Positions 61,315 to 64,000 of a DNA stretch of 64,000 bases are shown piece after piece. The DNA is from a virus (taxonomy: Duplodnaviria > Caudoviricetes). The DNA lies in IMG/VR virus record IMGVR_UViG_3300020049_014895, positions 10,482-74,481 of that record. One strand, 5' to 3'. Each line of letters begins with the position of its first letter. Within the stretch, counting starts at the first letter, position 1. A program made the translations under genes and the position numbers. The notes under the pieces were generated by a model, which did not search any database, was not told the origin of the DNA, and saw only the letters and a program-made list of their open reading frames with translations.

Positions 61315-61664
61315 TGGACTACACACAAGCCATCATCGATTCTCTTCCAGGCAAGACCCTCGAAAAGAAATACGAAGCACTACAAAAGCTTCTCAAGAAG
61401 AAAGAGAAAGTAAAACAGATTTCTTTCGAGGAATCTCCTATCTTTGACAAGCGAGTATTCCGCGAAAAATTCATCGATTGGCCAACAGCGAAATGTAAAT
61501 TCTATTACGAATCCGCAGACGCCTACTCCTCTCAAGAAAACAAATACATCAATTGGGAGAAAGCAATTCGCAACTGGGCTTCTCGAGATGATGCGCAAAA
61601 GAAATACACTTGGCCGGCAGACGTTGCAGGCAATAATAATCAAATTAAAGGATTAGCATTATAA
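61314..61664 (+). CDS. Hypothetical protein resembling a replication-initiator C-terminal domain
   Basis: FYYESADAYSSQENKYINWEKAIRNWASRD. Confidence 0.55.
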   Translation: MDYTQAIIDSLPGKTLEKKYEALQKLLKKKEKVKQISFEESPIFDKRVFREKFIDWPTAKCKFYYESADAYSSQENKYINWEKAIRNWASRDDAQKKYTWPADVAGNNNQIKGLAL

Positions 61665-61791
61665 CGTTATCAGGCTTTGTGTCTGTTGCGACCAAAAATA
61701 AAACAAATTTTAATTTAAATACTAAATATTACAGATTATGACTAAACATTCAGAAAACACCGAGCCAAGCAATAGCACAAAACCTGTGTTA
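61662..61791. mobile_element. attC-like recombination hairpin A
   Basis: TAAC-gttat-CAGGCTTTGTGTCTGTTGC ... GCAATAGCACAAAACCTG-t-GTTA. Confidence 0.7.
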
Positions 61792-62178
61792 CAAGCAGTT
61801 TTTTTGGTAACTCGTGGAGATTATTCAGATTATAGAGTTTGTGCGGTTTTTACAGATAAAAAACTTGCTCAAAAATATATTGATTCATTTGAAAAACCAT
61901 ACGATGAATTTAGAATTGAAAACTATAAGTTAAATCCATTTTCTAAAGAATTAAAGGCTGATTATAAACCTTATTTTTTGAGAATGAAAAAAGATGGAAC
62001 TTGTACAGAAATTTATGTGAAAGATTCATCTTATGGTTTTGAAAGCGAAGATTTAGATATTGGATTTGATATTCATAAAGATATGTATTTATCAGTTTTT
62101 GCCAAAGATGAAAAACACGCTATAAAAATAGCAAATGAAAAACGAGTTCAATTAATTGCAGAAAATCGTTGGAAGTAA
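61738..62178 (+). CDS. Cassette 1 cargo: hypothetical protein
   Basis: Starts inside hairpin A; bounded by GTTACAAGCAGTTT / AAATTGCTTGTAAC. Confidence 0.75.
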   Translation: MTKHSENTEPSNSTKPVLQAVFLVTRGDYSDYRVCAVFTDKKLAQKYIDSFEKPYDEFRIENYKLNPFSKELKADYKPYFLRMKKDGTCTEIYVKDSSYGFESEDLDIGFDIHKDMYLSVFAKDEKHAIKIANEKRVQLIAENRWK

Positions 62179-62197
62179 CGTTCTGTAAAATTGCTTG

Positions 62198-62322
62198 TAA
62201 CGTTTTGGGGCTTTACGCAGGGTGGGATTTTAGCACCGAAGCTCATAAAATGTACAAATGTTCGGACTTGCACAAATGCTTATTAAATGCACTTCTGCCC
62301 ACCTTGCGTAAAACCCTTGTTA
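62198..62322. mobile_element. attC-like recombination hairpin B
   Basis: TAAC-gttttg-GGGCTTTACGCAGGGTGGG ... CCCACCTTGCGTAAAACCC-tt-GTTA. Confidence 0.75.
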
Positions 62323-62376
62323 CCTGCCGTTTTTTTCTCGGTAGTTCTTTAAAATGTATAATTAAAAGTAGAAATA

Positions 62377-63021
62377 ATGATTGAAATTAAAAATGTAGAT
62401 TGTCTTGAAGGAATAAAAGAATTGGCTGATGGTTCGGTAGATGTTGTAATAACAGACCCACCATATTCAACGCCTGTAATTACTTCATTTGGTAGAAAAA
62501 AGTTTAAAAACCTTGCTGATTTATCTGTGCAAGAATTTTACTTTAAAGCAATTAAAAAGGAACTTGAAAGAGTTTTAAAGCCTGATGGTAGAGTTTTCTT
62601 TTTCTGTGACGACAAATTTTATCCAATACTTTATTCTGTGTTTTACGAATGGTTGAATTTAGGTTTAATTGTTTGGGATAAAGGCAAAATAGGAATGGGA
62701 AGACCAATAAGAAAACAACACGAACTTATATTTTATGCAAATCAAGGTAGTGCAGAATTTCAAAAGTTTGGCGAAATAACACATATACCATCTGTATTAA
62801 AAGTAAAACACGACACTAATAAAATTCACGGTGCTCAGAAACCTGTTGAACTTATTGAACATTTAATAAACGGATTTTCAAAAGAAGGCGATTTGATAAT
62901 TGATTTGTTTGGCGGTAGTGGTTCAACTGGCAAGGCTTGTCAAAACCTAAATAGAAACTTTGTCGGCTTTGAATTAAACACAGAAATAGCAAATGCAAGT
63001 TCGGAACGTCTGTCGCTCTAA
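62377..63021 (+). CDS. Cassette 2 cargo: beta-class N4-C/N6-A DNA methyltransferase
   Basis: DVVITDPPY, HGAQKPVELI and IDLFGGSGST motifs. Confidence 0.92.
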   Translation: MIEIKNVDCLEGIKELADGSVDVVITDPPYSTPVITSFGRKKFKNLADLSVQEFYFKAIKKELERVLKPDGRVFFFCDDKFYPILYSVFYEWLNLGLIVWDKGKIGMGRPIRKQHELIFYANQGSAEFQKFGEITHIPSVLKVKHDTNKIHGAQKPVELIEHLINGFSKEGDLIIDLFGGSGSTGKACQNLNRNFVGFELNTEIANASSERLSL

Positions 63022-63030
63022 AATGGCAGG

Positions 63031-63152
63031 TAACGTTTCCGCTATGAGTAGTGGCGGTTTTGAACTACTCACTTTAAATAACAGATAATGACAATAGAAA
63101 GCACAAACGACAATAATACCACTGCACCCGCCATTACTTATAGCGAGTGTTA
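63031..63152. mobile_element. attC-like recombination hairpin C
   Basis: TAAC-gtttc-CGCTATGAGTAGTGGCGG ... CCGCCATTACTTATAGCG-agt-GTTA. Confidence 0.75.
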
Positions 63153-63870
63153 TGCACAGGTTTTTTTAGGCGATTGCTTGGAACTATATAAAAATATAGA
63201 ACCCAAAAGCATTGATTTAATACTAACCGATTTACCTTATGGAACAACCGCCTGTAAATGGGATACAATAATACCATTTGACAAACTTTGGGAGATGGTA
63301 AACTACTTACTAAAACCAAACGGAGCTTTTATAACAACAGCTTCACAACCTTTTACAAGTGCATTGGTAATGAGCAACCCGAAACAATACAGTTACAACT
63401 GGGTTTGGAATAAAAGATACCCTGCCAATTATCCACTTGCAAAAAAGCAACCAATGAAAATACATGAGGATATTTTGGTGTTTGGTGGCAATTATAACCC
63501 TATAATGGTAGAACGAGATAAACCAATTAAAAAAGGTGCAAATAAAGGAGCAACCGTTTTTAAAGGCGGGTTAGAAAGGGAAGATTACAAAGGTAAAATT
63601 TATACACATAAATACCCTGAAAGTATAATTACATACCCAACAAGACAAGAAGAAACATTTGCACCGACACAAAAACCAGTAGCATTATTTGAATACTTAC
63701 TAAAAACATACAGCAATGAAGGGATGACAATATTTGACCCTTGTATGGGGTCGGGAACTACTGGAGTAGCTTGTAAAAATCTAAACCGAAACTTTATCGG
63801 AATAGAGAAAGACGAGAACTATTTCAAAATAGCAGAACAGCGAATAAATGCACGGACGCTGTTTCCTTAA
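63088..63870 (+). CDS. Cassette 3 cargo: beta-class N4-C/N6-A DNA methyltransferase
   Basis: DLILTDLPYG, PTQKPVAL and FDPCMGSGTTG motifs; N-terminal ~27 aa encoded by hairpin C. Confidence 0.92.
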   Translation: MTIESTNDNNTTAPAITYSECYAQVFLGDCLELYKNIEPKSIDLILTDLPYGTTACKWDTIIPFDKLWEMVNYLLKPNGAFITTASQPFTSALVMSNPKQYSYNWVWNKRYPANYPLAKKQPMKIHEDILVFGGNYNPIMVERDKPIKKGANKGATVFKGGLEREDYKGKIYTHKYPESIITYPTRQEETFAPTQKPVALFEYLLKTYSNEGMTIFDPCMGSGTTGVACKNLNRNFIGIEKDENYFKIAEQRINARTLFP

Positions 63871-63879
63871 ACTTGTGCA

Positions 63880-64000
63880 TAACGTTTTGCCACTTTGCGT
63901 AGTGGCAGATTAGATGCACAAATTTTCAAACAAACACAGATGTTAAATAGAATTACTAACCTTGAAGTTACCACCAAACCTGCCATTACGCAAAATGGCT
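63880..64000. mobile_element. attC-like recombination hairpin D, right end cut by the window edge
   Basis: TAAC-gtttt-GCCACTTTGCGTAGTGGCAG ... CTGCCATTACGCAAAATGGC-t; an ORF (MLNRITNLEVTTKPAITQNG...) starts at 63940 inside the loop. Confidence 0.7.

Noticed and set aside
62169-62384. 71-aa ORF in the track spanning hairpin B
   Set aside because: Starts at GTG inside the previous gene and mostly translates the recombination hairpin; only the ATG-62250 leader part is plausible.

Overview
The whole window is bacteriophage DNA from a Bacteroidota-infecting, probably short-tailed (podovirus-type) phage. No host genes were recognised. Host assignment rests on TAnnTTTG promoter elements, the lack of Shine-Dalgarno sites and the gene families present. 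The minus strand from about 5.5 to 45.3 kb carries one late arm: lysis, tail-fibre and accessory virion genes, three ejection-type proteins, tail stabiliser and ring proteins, terminase, a complete GroEL/GroES chaperonin locus, major capsid, scaffold and portal. This head/tail module resembles crAss-like phages, but no virion RNA polymerase or DNA polymerase is visible in the window. The plus strand (1-5.4 kb and 45.4-64 kb) carries recombination, replication and early genes: SSB-like, NinB-like, RusA-like, PD-(D/E)XK nuclease, serine recombinase, SF2 helicase, four DNA methyltransferases and many small ORFs. A replisome-organiser gene lies on the minus strand at about 53 kb. Main observations: (1) an integron-like array at 61.66-64.0 kb of promoterless gene cassettes separated by attC-like TAAC...GTTA hairpins, each cassette bounded by its own inverted repeat; (2) a 23-bp near-palindromic operator exactly 7 nt upstream of the host sigma -7 box at five late promoters; (3) a GroEL + GroES + triple-GroES locus; (4) a reading-frame break at an A10 run in the giant ejection protein gene; (5) two unusual tRNA-like RNAs. 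All protein family calls come from visual motif recognition only; no database searches were run.
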